Sequence record: DRR723986_585
Strand: one strand, 5' to 3'
DNA length: 64,000 nt
The notes beneath the pieces are model-generated. The model was not told where the DNA came from, made no database searches, and saw nothing but the letters and a program-made list of their open reading frames with translations. Each line of letters starts with the position of its first letter. Positions within the stretch are counted from its first letter, which is position 1. A program made the translations under genes and the position numbers. Below are positions 1 through 9,482 of the stretch, one piece after another.

Positions 1-789
1 GTAAAAACTGAAATTGATTCATATTTCATGTGCAGCTTAACCGACATAAGTCAACAAATTGAAGACGCACGCAAAATTCAGGTTCAGAATGAATTACTTA
101 TTAATAAAAATGCCGAGCTAGAACAGTTTGCTTATGTAGCTTCGCATGATCTTCAAGAGCCTCTTAGAACCGCTTCAAGCTTCATTGGTCTTGTATTGGA
201 AAAATACTCTGATGGAATAGACGAAAACGGAAAAGCATTTTTGCGCCGAATTGTTGGAGCCAACAATCGAATGAAAAATTTAATTCAAAGCATTTTGGAT
301 TATTCAAGAATCGGAAAAAACACGCAAATAGCGGAGATCGATTTGAATAAAATAGTAAACGAAATTCTGCAAGACTTCCATTCCATCATTTCAGAATCAG
401 ATGCAGACATACACGTCCAACAACTTCCTAAAATCAACGGTTCTTACAACGAAATTCGAATTCTTTTTCAAAACTTAATTTCAAACGCTTTAAAATTCAA
501 ATCAGACAATCGTCCTGTTAAAATTGAAATAAGTAGCGAGATTCAAGATCGTAATTTCTTTATTCATGTAAAAGACAATGGAATTGGTGTCGAGCCTCAA
601 TTTAAAAAGCGAATATTCTTGATTTTTCAACGATTGCATACCAGAGATGAGTACGAAGGAACAGGAATTGGACTCGCACAGGTCAATAAAATAGCCCAAT
701 TTCATGAGGGGTCCATCAAACTTGAAACAGAATTAGGCAAAGGATCAACTTTTTCCCTGCAGCTACCGATTAGTCGTTTGGTGAGCTAA
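1..789 (+). CDS. Sensor histidine kinase, C-terminal part (HisKA + HATPase_c), 5'-truncated by the window edge
   Basis: H-box ASHDLQEPLR, N-box NLISNALKF, G1 DNGIG, F-box IFLIFQRLH, G2 GTGIGLA; the frame is open back to base 1. Confidence 0.92.
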   Translation, partial: VKTEIDSYFMCSLTDISQQIEDARKIQVQNELLINKNAELEQFAYVASHDLQEPLRTASSFIGLVLEKYSDGIDENGKAFLRRIVGANNRMKNLIQSILDYSRIGKNTQIAEIDLNKIVNEILQDFHSIISESDADIHVQQLPKINGSYNEIRILFQNLISNALKFKSDNRPVKIEISSEIQDRNFFIHVKDNGIGVEPQFKKRIFLIFQRLHTRDEYEGTGIGLAQVNKIAQFHEGSIKLETELGKGSTFSLQLPISRLVS

Positions 790-791
790 AT

Positions 792-1907
792 TCAATCAAA
801 ATTTTCAATTCGTTTTTCTCCCTGCTCATCCCAGTACTGCCACTCTCCTATTTGCTTGCCGACCTTGTATTTGCCTTGCATTTTCTTCTTACCGTTTTCG
901 TAATAATCAATGCGTTCTCCATCTAACTCTCCATTTAACCAGTTCGCTTTGACTTCAAGTTTACCAGATTCATAATTTCTGAAATACGGCCCTGATGAAA
1001 GTCCATCAACCTTTGTTTGCTGAAAATGAATGTTTCCATTTTCATAATAGGCCGTACATACCCCAGCATATTCTCCTTTGTGCTTTTTACCCGATTCTTT
1101 CTTATTACCGTTTTTGTAATAAACCACATATTCGCCTTCCAACGTGTCATTTACAAAATTCCCTGTGGTATGTAAAGTTCCGTCTTCGTAATAATTCTTA
1201 GCTGAGCCTTCTTTTAATCCATCAATATTTTCACCTTCGTAACGTATGTTTCCATTCGGATGATACCAAATCTCAGGACCAGATAATTGACCCAAAAAGT
1301 AATTCAAACGCTTTAATAGTGTGTCGTTATAATAGATTTTATACTCTCCGTGATATTGACCGAGCATGCTAAAGTTTTCTCTTGTAATACTATCTTCTGA
1401 TGAGTACTCGATTGATTCACCCATAGGAAAACCACTGAAATATTTAGAGTCAATAATGGTTTTACCATTTTCATCTTTCACAATTTCATGCTCAATAAGC
1501 AAGTCTTTTTTCCAACTGATAAACACCTCATTATCAGACTCTAGATAATCATTCAAATTAGATTTTTTCTTCGGCAATTTTACGGTTAATGTTACAGCAA
1601 TTCCTGACTCCGCAACATCCACTTTTGAAATGGTAACACCCACTTCTTCGTGAATAGTAGAAAGATTTCCCTTTTTATCTTCAACGCCTTGATGAATAAT
1701 TAAAGTAGCTGGAGTACCGTCAGTCGGTTGATAAGACTTTTCGCATACAAACATAAGCTTCACTTCATCAGATTGAAGGTCTACAACGGCTGCACCAAAC
1801 AATAGGTCAGTTTGCTCAACAGCCGAGGTCATATCAGCAGTTTGAGAAAAACTAAGCGTTTGAAAAAATAAGAAAAGGCAAAATAGAAATTGTGAGTTTT
1901 TAATCAT
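792..1907 (-). CDS. Exported MORN-variant repeat protein (YwqK-like repeats)
   Basis: C-terminal half has repeats of YY.NG.....G.....G; hydrophobic signal peptide after ATG 1907, preferred over the ORF-track start at 2000. Confidence 0.8.
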   Translation of the reverse strand: MIKNSQFLFCLFLFFQTLSFSQTADMTSAVEQTDLLFGAAVVDLQSDEVKLMFVCEKSYQPTDGTPATLIIHQGVEDKKGNLSTIHEEVGVTISKVDVAESGIAVTLTVKLPKKKSNLNDYLESDNEVFISWKKDLLIEHEIVKDENGKTIIDSKYFSGFPMGESIEYSSEDSITRENFSMLGQYHGEYKIYYNDTLLKRLNYFLGQLSGPEIWYHPNGNIRYEGENIDGLKEGSAKNYYEDGTLHTTGNFVNDTLEGEYVVYYKNGNKKESGKKHKGEYAGVCTAYYENGNIHFQQTKVDGLSSGPYFRNYESGKLEVKANWLNGELDGERIDYYENGKKKMQGKYKVGKQIGEWQYWDEQGEKRIENFD

Positions 1908-2019
1908 GTTACTAAAATAATAGAAATTCAGAAAAGAAAGACTTTTCCTAAATTCCTCCAACCTATTAGAAGAGAAAATCGTGATACTGTTTAGACCCAA
2001 TCACTTATGAATCATTCCA

Positions 2020-2718
2020 ATGCTACGAATTTCTATTCTGTTTTTTTGCCTTGCTACCTTACCCTGTTTTGTTGAAGCCCAACGACTTGATGTTGGAATT
2101 AACGGAGGTTTTTTATACGAGAAATCGAACTTTACAAACTTTGGTGGAAAGCAAAGTAGCTCTGTCAAAGTTGATCGTTCACATTTTATTGGTGGAAATG
2201 CAGATTTTAAAACTAAGTTCTTCTTACACAGAATCAATGTTCAATTTGAAACAATGAACTTTAAAAAATCGAGTTCAAACATTGATCCTATATGGGATTA
2301 TAATGTTAGTAGCTCAAATACGGTAAATCAGTCTTATGTCGGATTAAATTATACAATTGGAGTTAAACCATTCAAATCCGTAGGGATTTACCCAACATTG
2401 GGTTTTAGCTCTCTGTTTGGAATTGGAGGAGAACTCGAATACAGATATGATGCAGAAATTGGTTATCCACCAACTTCTGAACATACCTACACAAAAAGTG
2501 AATTTAAATCAAATACTCGCTACATTCTGAGTCCTGGAATCCTATTATGGCAGCCCGTTGGCAAAATATTCGGATTTGAATTATTAATGGGTTATCGTCT
2601 TCCGTTGAACCGTGTTCTTTATTCACACACTTCTCTTAAGTTAAGAGGATTTTATGTTGAGTTCGGTTTTACGGTAAAAGTGTTTGATAAATTCTCTAAA
2701 GAAAAAGAGGTCAAATAG
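2020..2718 (+). CDS. Putative outer-membrane beta-barrel protein
   Basis: Signal peptide ending VEA-Q, alternating aromatic/Gly beta strands, near-terminal GFYVEFGFTV strand. Confidence 0.6.
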   Translation: MLRISILFFCLATLPCFVEAQRLDVGINGGFLYEKSNFTNFGGKQSSSVKVDRSHFIGGNADFKTKFFLHRINVQFETMNFKKSSSNIDPIWDYNVSSSNTVNQSYVGLNYTIGVKPFKSVGIYPTLGFSSLFGIGGELEYRYDAEIGYPPTSEHTYTKSEFKSNTRYILSPGILLWQPVGKIFGFELLMGYRLPLNRVLYSHTSLKLRGFYVEFGFTVKVFDKFSKEKEVK

Positions 2719-2734
2719 AATTCTTCAGCATTAA

Positions 2735-3289
2735 TCAATTCGATAAATTATTGATAACAGTATTCGTTTTTTCGATTGCTAATTTACCGTTCGTATTCTT
2801 CAATAAAAAGCCTACTTCATAACGGCTACATTCAGGTTCAATAACAAAACTCAGGTTACCAGCCACTTCAAAATCTTCCTCCACTTTTCTGCATGTTCCG
2901 TAAGTATAAGAAGTCTTTTCATACACCCAATTAATGTAGCCTTGAGAAAAAGGATCAAAGCTCTTTCTTGATAAAGGAGATTCAATGTAGTTCCCATCTG
3001 TATGGATGAAATCATTTTCTTCTAATTGTAGTTGTGCGTAACCTTTTAATGACTCTTTTGACTCCGGTGAGGCAAAAAATGCGCCTTCCCCAGGTGTTAT
3101 CGTTGCTACAATAGCATTGTTCTCATCCAAAGTAAAATCAACCTTGAAATTTTGTTTAATTGAATTATTATAGATAGTTGTATCAGCGCTGCATCCTTCG
3201 AGTTCTTCTGTTGATTCAAGTAAAGCCTCTTCTTGGCATGACAGCCCAACAAAAAGACATCCGATTAAAAATAAAGTCTGTTTCATCAT
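2735..3289 (-). CDS. Hypothetical lipoprotein, possibly an Ig-like DsbD-N-type fold
   Basis: Lipobox VGLSC; beta-rich mature region; fold suggestion is a weak visual resemblance only. Confidence 0.6.
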   Translation of the reverse strand: MMKQTLFLIGCLFVGLSCQEEALLESTEELEGCSADTTIYNNSIKQNFKVDFTLDENNAIVATITPGEGAFFASPESKESLKGYAQLQLEENDFIHTDGNYIESPLSRKSFDPFSQGYINWVYEKTSYTYGTCRKVEEDFEVAGNLSFVIEPECSRYEVGFLLKNTNGKLAIEKTNTVINNLSN

Positions 3290-3403
3290 TTTAATTTTTT
3301 GGTTTACTCGAATCTATGGCTTTAAACTAAACGAAAATCAGCATTTACATTGATTTACAAAAGTTTTACCTTGTTAAAAGTGGTTGGGTGAAGCAATCTA
3401 GAT

Positions 3404-3431
3404 AAAAAAGCCCCGAACTAATCGGGGCTTT
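3404..3431 (-). terminator. Intrinsic terminator downstream of tmRNA
   Basis: Stem AAAGCCCCGA/TCGGGGCTTT; the A-run at 3404-3409 gives the U-tract on the minus strand. Confidence 0.85.
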
Positions 3432-3465
3432 CACAAAATTATAAAATCGAAGATTTTTGATTTTG

Positions 3466-3865
3466 TGGAGCCGGAGGGGATCGAACCCTCGTCCTAACAA
3501 TGAGTCAATATAGTTTCTACATGTTTATTTTGTGATTAATTGTTAGACCTTAAGCTGAGCACAAACACCCCACTTAGGGCTTAAACTACTTAATTTCGAA
3601 AGCGTATCGCAGTTCTACCCAATCTAGCCCAATAAATGATACCCATGATCCGCAGCCATCAGGCAGAGCCGCAGTGGGTAGTTAGTTCCCCCTACTATAC
3701 TTCGGGTGGAATTAAGGTAATTAGACTTAGTCTAGATTACGCAGCTAACGCGTAAGAATTATTGTTGTCAATTATTCTTGGTACACTACATTTTAACGAG
3801 ATGATGTGCGTTACTCGACATGCTTGTATACCTACCGCAGTTGCAGTCAAATCCAAGTCGGCCCC
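3466..3865 (-). ncRNA. ssrA: tmRNA (transfer-messenger RNA), tag (A)DNNNSYALAA*
   Basis: Minus strand starts GGGGCCGACTTGGATTTGAC and ends GAGGGTTCGATCCCCTCCGGCTCCA; acceptor stem with G3-U70; T-arm; internal ORF 3769-3737 ending YALAA-stop; 400 nt; full CCA not encoded. Confidence 0.97.
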
Positions 3866-3894
3866 AAAGAACTATTCCCTCCGAAAAGGGAAAA

Positions 3895-3902
3895 CAAAAA
3901 TA
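3895..3902 (-). promoter_or_regulatory. Bacteroidota -7 promoter box (TATTTTTG) for ssrA
   Basis: Matches TAnnTTTG about 30 nt upstream of the mature tmRNA 5' end. Confidence 0.65.
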
Positions 3903-4080
3903 GAATAAGTAAATCAGTTCTACACCTTTATCTCTATGATTTATTTTCCTAAATCGATTTAACAAAAGTTAAACTGCTCATTTCGGTCAATTTAGTTAAC
4001 AATAATCAAGGCATTTTAGATTTTAAACACTTGATTAAATCGATAATTTTATAGTTTTGCAAAAATTAAACAGTACTACT

Positions 4081-5301
4081 ATGAAACCCACTTCGATAGG
4101 AATAATTAGAGAAGGAAAAAATCCACCTGACAAAAGGGTTCCTTTGACTCCAGATCAATGTGTAGAATTGAAAAGACTTTTTCCTGAGATTTCTGTAACT
4201 GTTCAATCTAGTGCGGTTAGGGCGATTAAAGACAGTGAATACATCAATAAGGGAGTTGAAGTTTCAGATGATGTATCTCATTGTGATGTACTGATTGGAG
4301 TAAAAGAAGTCAATATAGAAGACTTGATTCCCAACAAAAAATACATGTTCTTTTCGCACACCTTTAAAGAACAACCCTATAATAGAAAACTACTCAAAGC
4401 GATTCTTGAACGAAAAATTCAGTTGATCGATTACGAAGTGTTAAAAGATAAAAACGAGAACCGAATTATTGGTTTTGGTCGATATGCTGGAATTGTAGGC
4501 TGTTATAACGGATTCTTAGCCTATGGTAAAAAACACGGGCTGTACACCTTAAAGTCAGCACACGAATGCGAAGACCGCGTTGAGTTGGAACAAGAAATCA
4601 AAAAAATTAATCTTCCCGCAAACACCAAGATTGTTGCCACAGGCTTTGGTAGAGTTGGTAATGGAGCAAGAGAAATTTTTAAATCTACAGGAATCAGAGA
4701 AGTCAGTCCTGAAGAGTTTTTAAATCAAGAATTTAACGAGCCCGTATTTACGCACCTCAAAGCAAAAGATTATTATGCCAGAGCAGATGGGAAACCATTT
4801 GACAGAAACGCATTTTTTGAATCAGGTGAAGGTCATGTTTCTACTTTTGATCGTTATTTAAAGGTGGCAAACATGTATGTTGCTTGCCATTATTGGGATG
4901 CTAGTTCACCATTTATCTTCACCAGAGATGATTTAAAGCAAGACGGAATTAAAACCTCTGTTGTTGCTGATATATCATGCGATATTGATGGACCAGTTGC
5001 ATCAACCTTAAGGCCATCTACAATTGCTGCTCCTCACTACGGCTATCATCCTGCAACGGAATCAGAAGTTGACTTTATGCGTGAAGACGCTATCGGTGTT
5101 ATGGCGGTAGATAATTTACCATGTGAATTACCGAAAGATGCATCAGAAGATTTTGGAGATGAATTGATCAGCAAAATTTTTCCAGCATTATTTGGAGAAG
5201 ATCCTGATAGAATTATTGCTCGTGCGAGTGAAACGAATCTGAAGGGTGAACTGACGGAAGAATTCAGCTATCTTGAATCGTATATCTCTGAGAATGATTA
5301 A
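4081..5301 (+). CDS. Lysine-ketoglutarate reductase / saccharopine dehydrogenase-like oxidoreductase (AlaDh/PNT family)
   Basis: IREGK..DKRVPLTP, GVKEV, FFSHT.K.Q, IDYE, GFGRYAG, DISCD, MAVDNLPCELP; -7 box TAGTTTTG at 4052-4059 favours ATG 4081. Confidence 0.85.
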   Translation: MKPTSIGIIREGKNPPDKRVPLTPDQCVELKRLFPEISVTVQSSAVRAIKDSEYINKGVEVSDDVSHCDVLIGVKEVNIEDLIPNKKYMFFSHTFKEQPYNRKLLKAILERKIQLIDYEVLKDKNENRIIGFGRYAGIVGCYNGFLAYGKKHGLYTLKSAHECEDRVELEQEIKKINLPANTKIVATGFGRVGNGAREIFKSTGIREVSPEEFLNQEFNEPVFTHLKAKDYYARADGKPFDRNAFFESGEGHVSTFDRYLKVANMYVACHYWDASSPFIFTRDDLKQDGIKTSVVADISCDIDGPVASTLRPSTIAAPHYGYHPATESEVDFMREDAIGVMAVDNLPCELPKDASEDFGDELISKIFPALFGEDPDRIIARASETNLKGELTEEFSYLESYISEND

Positions 5302-5439
5302 GATAAATTAACATCCTCTTTAAAATATATTGATATCACGGTCGTCTAAACTAATAGACCAATGATTCAAATTGTAACCTTTTCTTTGATTAAGAAGTTA
5401 TAGAAAGGAAAAAAAAATTTGATTTAGGAGCATTTTACT

Positions 5440-5471
5440 CTTGACACGAGAGATAGTTTAGCGTACCTTTG
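5440..5471 (+). promoter_or_regulatory. Housekeeping promoter of rpoD (-33 CTTG, -7 TACCTTTG)
   Basis: TACCTTTG at 5464-5471 with (C)TTG 20 nt upstream, the spacing expected for Bacteroidota promoters. Confidence 0.7.
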
Positions 5472-5513
5472 CTCCCTATTTGTATAAACTCAAAAAGAAA
5501 GGAAAATTTAAGA

Positions 5514-6380
5514 ATGAGGCAGTTAAAAATTACAAAATCAATAACAAATCGTGAAAGTCAATCTTTAGATAAGTACTTACAAGATATTGGAAAAGAAGAA
5601 CTTATTACTGCTGAAATTGAAGTTGAATTAGCTAAAAGAATCAAGCAAGGTGACCAAGAGGCACTTGAAAAATTAACAAAAGCTAACTTAAGATTCGTAG
5701 TTTCAGTTGCTAAACAGTACCAAAATCAGGGATTAACTTTACCAGATTTGATTAATGAGGGTAATTTGGGATTGATTAAAGCTGCTCAAAAATTTGACGA
5801 AACAAGAGGATTTAAATTCATCTCCTATGCCGTATGGTGGATTCGTCAATCAATTTTGCAAGCTTTAGCTGAACAAGCACGTATTGTTCGTCTCCCATTA
5901 AACCAGGTTGGTTCTTTAAATAAAATCAACAAAGCCTTTTCGAAACTAGAACAAGAATACGAAAGACCTCCTTCTGCTGAAGAATTAGCAGAGGTTCTTG
6001 AAGTGCCAGAAGATAAAATTAAAGAAAGTATGAAAGTGGCTGGACGTCACGTATCAATGGACGCTCCCCTATCCTCTTCAGAAGATGGTGGAACATTGAT
6101 GGACGTTATGGCAAATGGAGATTCTCCGAAAGCTGACAAACATTTGATGGCAGAGTCATTACAGAAAGAAATCGAAAGATCACTTTCTACATTGACTGAT
6201 AAAGAAAGAGAAATTATTCGTTTATTTTTCGGAATCGGAATGAATCACGGATTAACTCTTGAAGAAATTGGAGCTAAATTCAATTTAACAAGAGAGCGTG
6301 TGAGACAAATTAAAGAAAAAGCAATTAGAAGATTGAGACATACTTCAAGAAACAAATTGTTGAAAGCATATTTAGGATAA
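5514..6380 (+). CDS. rpoD: Primary RNA polymerase sigma factor, Bacteroidota short RpoD/SigA
   Basis: [15 protein letters not shown] start, [48 protein letters not shown]; no region 1.1. Confidence 0.96.
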   Translation: MRQLKITKSITNRESQSLDKYLQDIGKEELITAEIEVELAKRIKQGDQEALEKLTKANLRFVVSVAKQYQNQGLTLPDLINEGNLGLIKAAQKFDETRGFKFISYAVWWIRQSILQALAEQARIVRLPLNQVGSLNKINKAFSKLEQEYERPPSAEELAEVLEVPEDKIKESMKVAGRHVSMDAPLSSSEDGGTLMDVMANGDSPKADKHLMAESLQKEIERSLSTLTDKEREIIRLFFGIGMNHGLTLEEIGAKFNLTRERVRQIKEKAIRRLRHTSRNKLLKAYLG

Positions 6381-6396
6381 TTGGAATCCTATGTTG

Positions 6397-6428
6397 AAAA
6401 GCCGTTCATATTTGGACGGCTTTTTTTT
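6397..6428 (+). terminator. Intrinsic terminator after rpoD
   Basis: Stem AAAAGCCGTTC/GGACGGC followed by T8. Confidence 0.85.
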
Positions 6429-6518
6429 GTCCTAAATTTTTTCAATAGATATTAAGGTGTAAATTTGCAAAAAACTTCTAATCACAAAATAAACGATTAG
6501 ACAAAAACAAGCAGCAAT

Positions 6519-7970
6519 ATGGAATCAGCCGTAGGTTATGAAAAAGAACTGAAAAGCTACATTGACAATGAAAAAGCAGCAGTAAAGTTAGCAAGTCACG
6601 TAGGTGAATTATTGTATGACAAAGGAATTGAACTGGTTTTGTTCAGAAATCACTTGTTAGACACTACTACCACTGAAATCGTGAAACTGCATGATTATGC
6701 TGAAAAAGTTGTCGGTAAAAAAATATTTACTAAAACAACAGCTGCTTTAGCAGAAGAATTGTGCAAAATGGACATTCCTGCAGCAAAAATTGACATAGGT
6801 AAGTTGGCTTACGAATGGATTCAAGAAAATGAAAACTTTGATTCTAAAGCAGCATTCTTAGAAAACAAGTTAAGCGGATTTTTTACAGATGATTCTCATC
6901 AATTTGAACCACGTGACGTAGTGCTTTACGGTTTTGGTAGAATTGGAAGGCTAGCAGCACGTGAATTGATTAAACAAGCCGGAAAAGGTCAACAATTAAG
7001 ATTGAGAGCTATTGTAACACGTAATGCATCTGATGATCAAATTACGAAAAGAGCGGCCTTAATGAAAAATGACTCTGTTCACGGAGCGTTTAAAGGTACA
7101 GTTGACTTAGACCTTGAAAATAAATGCATGATCATTAACGGGCAAAGAATCCAAATGATTGGAGCATCTAACCCTGAGGATATTGATTACACTGCTCACG
7201 GTATTGATAACGCCTTAGTTATTGACAACACTGGTGCATTCACAGACAAAACGGCTTTAGAAAGACACAGAAAAGCGAAAGGGGTATCAAGAGTATTATT
7301 AACAGCTCCAGGAAAAGAAATTCCTAACGTTGTTTACGGAATCAATCATACAGATTTAGATTTAGAGAATACGCATATTTATTCTGCGGCTTCTTGTACA
7401 ACCAATGCTATTTCGCCTATTCTTAAAGTAATTAACGACAATTACGGAATTGACAAAGGACACATTGAAACGGTTCATGCTTATACCAATGATCAAAACT
7501 TATTGGATAATATGCACAAGAAACCTAGAAGAGGTCGTTCTGCTGCCATCAACATGGTAATTACATCAACGGGAGCTGGTAAAGCTGTTACGAAAGTAAT
7601 TCCTTCGTTAGCAAATAAATTAACTGCAAACGCAGTGAGAGTACCAACTCCAAACGGTTCACTTGCTATCATGAATTTATCAATTGATAAAGCAACGAAT
7701 GTAGATGAATTGAATGCTACGATTAAAAACGCAGCACTTAACGGTCCTTTAGTAAATCAAATTTATTATTCAATTGATCCTGAAATGGTTTCAAATGATA
7801 TTATTGGAAACGTTTGCTGTTCAGTATTTGATGCTCCAGCTACAATTGTTTCTGAAGACGGTAAAAACATTGTGTTGTACACTTGGTATGACAATGAGTT
7901 TGGTTATACGAAACAAGTTATCAGAATGGCGAAATACATTGCCAAAGTAAGAAGACATATCTACTACTAG
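6519..7970 (+). CDS. gap: Glyceraldehyde-3-phosphate dehydrogenase, long form with ~130-aa N-terminal extension
   Basis: YGFGRIGR Rossmann motif, ASCTTN active site, HAYTNDQ, RVPTPNGS, WYDNEFGY; -7 box TAAATTTG at 6460-6467. Confidence 0.95.
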   Translation: MESAVGYEKELKSYIDNEKAAVKLASHVGELLYDKGIELVLFRNHLLDTTTTEIVKLHDYAEKVVGKKIFTKTTAALAEELCKMDIPAAKIDIGKLAYEWIQENENFDSKAAFLENKLSGFFTDDSHQFEPRDVVLYGFGRIGRLAARELIKQAGKGQQLRLRAIVTRNASDDQITKRAALMKNDSVHGAFKGTVDLDLENKCMIINGQRIQMIGASNPEDIDYTAHGIDNALVIDNTGAFTDKTALERHRKAKGVSRVLLTAPGKEIPNVVYGINHTDLDLENTHIYSAASCTTNAISPILKVINDNYGIDKGHIETVHAYTNDQNLLDNMHKKPRRGRSAAINMVITSTGAGKAVTKVIPSLANKLTANAVRVPTPNGSLAIMNLSIDKATNVDELNATIKNAALNGPLVNQIYYSIDPEMVSNDIIGNVCCSVFDAPATIVSEDGKNIVLYTWYDNEFGYTKQVIRMAKYIAKVRRHIYY

Positions 7971-7989
7971 CCCTAGGCTAAACGAAACG

Positions 7990-8023
7990 AAAGCGTCCTG
8001 ATTTATTTCTGGGCGCTTTTTTT
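7990..8023 (+). terminator. Intrinsic terminator after gap
   Basis: Stem AAAGCGTCC/GGGCGCTTT with a T-run. Confidence 0.75.
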
Positions 8024-8037
8024 GTTTATTTTTAACT

Positions 8038-8934
8038 ATGCAAAACGGCTTAAAACATACTATTTGGATATCAGGTATTCTGGTTTTATTAACCTCCTTT
8101 ATCAATATTAACAAAACTCAAAGGTGTGAATCGATTCCTGAAACATCTGGAAAGAAAAAGACCTGGACTAAACATGTTTGGAGCATCATTGATTCTAAAG
8201 ACGCGTTAAACAAACATATATTTGAGCCTTACAATGATTATTTCGTTGGCATAAACCCAGAAACAGAAAGCTTTAGTTTTCATGTTTTGCAAAAGCAAAA
8301 AGCAAACATGAAAGAAAACCTTTGGAATATTCTGCTCTATCATTTTTATTCGAACGAATTAAAGATGTATATACCCTATAATCCAGATTGGGCAATTACG
8401 AAGGATCACGGCCACCTACTTTTTGAAATGAATTCAGAAAATTATGGCTCACAAACAAACGGAACGATTGATAATGACACATTGTTCAGAGAAAACCTCA
8501 TTGGTTTCGAGCTTGTTGGATTTGAATATTTTGATCCATATCCCATTGCAATGACTGATGAATACGGAGATGATTCAATTGACATAGATGGTAATACTGT
8601 GTATTATCCAAACGATATAATTTGGTATCAAGACAAGGATGTCGTTCAGTTCAAAATAAAGGAAACGTGGGAAATCAACGAACAAGGAGCTGTCTTAAAG
8701 AAAACTATTGACGCCATAGCACCTATGAAAAATGAAATAGATGAAAATGGAAATACCGTTGGGGTTCGCGAGCTTTTTTGGGTCGATTTTACAGAGTTAA
8801 AAACAATCTTAGATAATTACTTCATCTATGATGACAAGGACTCAACCAAAAAAATCCATTCGTTTTCAGAATATTTTGATCAAAGAAAGTTCAGTTCAAC
8901 AATTATTGAACAAGACAGTTTACACGTCAAGTAA
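8038..8934 (+). CDS. GldN/PorN-family protein (divergent paralogue)
   Basis: W.K.VW.IID, IKETW....., IDAIAPM, ELFWVDF.EL, SFSEYFDQRKFSS.I resemble the GldN motif order; N-terminal signal/TM segment. Confidence 0.7.
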   Translation: MQNGLKHTIWISGILVLLTSFININKTQRCESIPETSGKKKTWTKHVWSIIDSKDALNKHIFEPYNDYFVGINPETESFSFHVLQKQKANMKENLWNILLYHFYSNELKMYIPYNPDWAITKDHGHLLFEMNSENYGSQTNGTIDNDTLFRENLIGFELVGFEYFDPYPIAMTDEYGDDSIDIDGNTVYYPNDIIWYQDKDVVQFKIKETWEINEQGAVLKKTIDAIAPMKNEIDENGNTVGVRELFWVDFTELKTILDNYFIYDDKDSTKKIHSFSEYFDQRKFSSTIIEQDSLHVK

Positions 8935-9393
8935 TTACTTCAAATTCTTTACGATTTCGCCAAATTCATCCCAAAATTCATCCAACTTGGCAAAGTTGAG
9001 CTTTAAAAAGAGGTGCATTTTGTCCCAGTCATCTCTGTTATACAAGTGACAACCGTCTTTGGCCATGACAATTCTTGAAACCTGTTTTCCATTCCAATGT
9101 TCGTGCTCTTTGAGCCATACAGCCGTTTTCAACTTGTTGTTCAGCACATTTTCTAGTTCAGTAAATTGCTCCCAATATAATGCGCGAATACCGGGGTCTG
9201 GGAATTGCAAATCAATACAAAGCCTACAGCCCTCTTCATCTGCCTCCATTCTAAAATATAGATGTTTTATACCAGTATTGTAGTTCATCCAGTCAACTTT
9301 TGAGCCGTGCGGGTTTCGCATCTTCTCCATTTGACCCTGAAGTCTGGTCCAAAACTCTATTTTAGTTGCCTTTGCTTCTTCTTTACTTAACAT
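8935..9393 (-). CDS. DUF4268-like protein
   Basis: MLSKEEAK...EFW, W.NYNTGIK, YWEQF.EL, DDWDKMH.FL pattern recognised from memory. Confidence 0.7.
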   Translation of the reverse strand: MLSKEEAKATKIEFWTRLQGQMEKMRNPHGSKVDWMNYNTGIKHLYFRMEADEEGCRLCIDLQFPDPGIRALYWEQFTELENVLNNKLKTAVWLKEHEHWNGKQVSRIVMAKDGCHLYNRDDWDKMHLFLKLNFAKLDEFWDEFGEIVKNLK

Positions 9394-9427
9394 GGTGCTA
9401 AATTAATCATCCTTTGGAAATGAATAC

Positions 9428-9444
9428 TATCAATCAAAATGATA
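9428..9444. promoter_or_regulatory. Putative LysR-type operator, TATCA-N7-TGATA (contains T-N11-A)
   Basis: Perfect 5-bp dyad in the 89-nt gap between the divergent DUF4268 and oxyR genes. Confidence 0.5.
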
Positions 9445-9482
9445 ACTAAAATAAACTAATCAATTTTAACTATATTTGAAAT

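Noticed and set aside
792-1907. Toxin-antitoxin system suggested by YwqK-like repeats
   Set aside because: No adjacent toxin; exported MORN-variant proteins are common in Bacteroidota
3347-3379. Shared words ACATTGATTTA and CTTGTTAAAA with the 32170-32236 intergenic region (possible operator or att site)
   Set aside because: Order and spacing differ between the two sites; short AT-rich matches are expected by chance
1-3466. Genomic island integrated at the tmRNA 3' end
   Set aside because: No integrase, no duplicated ssrA 3' end seen, the native terminator follows directly and there is no obvious compositional shift
5409-5417. Poly-A tract (and T9 at 19121-19129) as a phase-variation switch
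   Set aside because: Short homopolymers in AT-rich non-coding DNA, not inside an ORF or a promoter spacer
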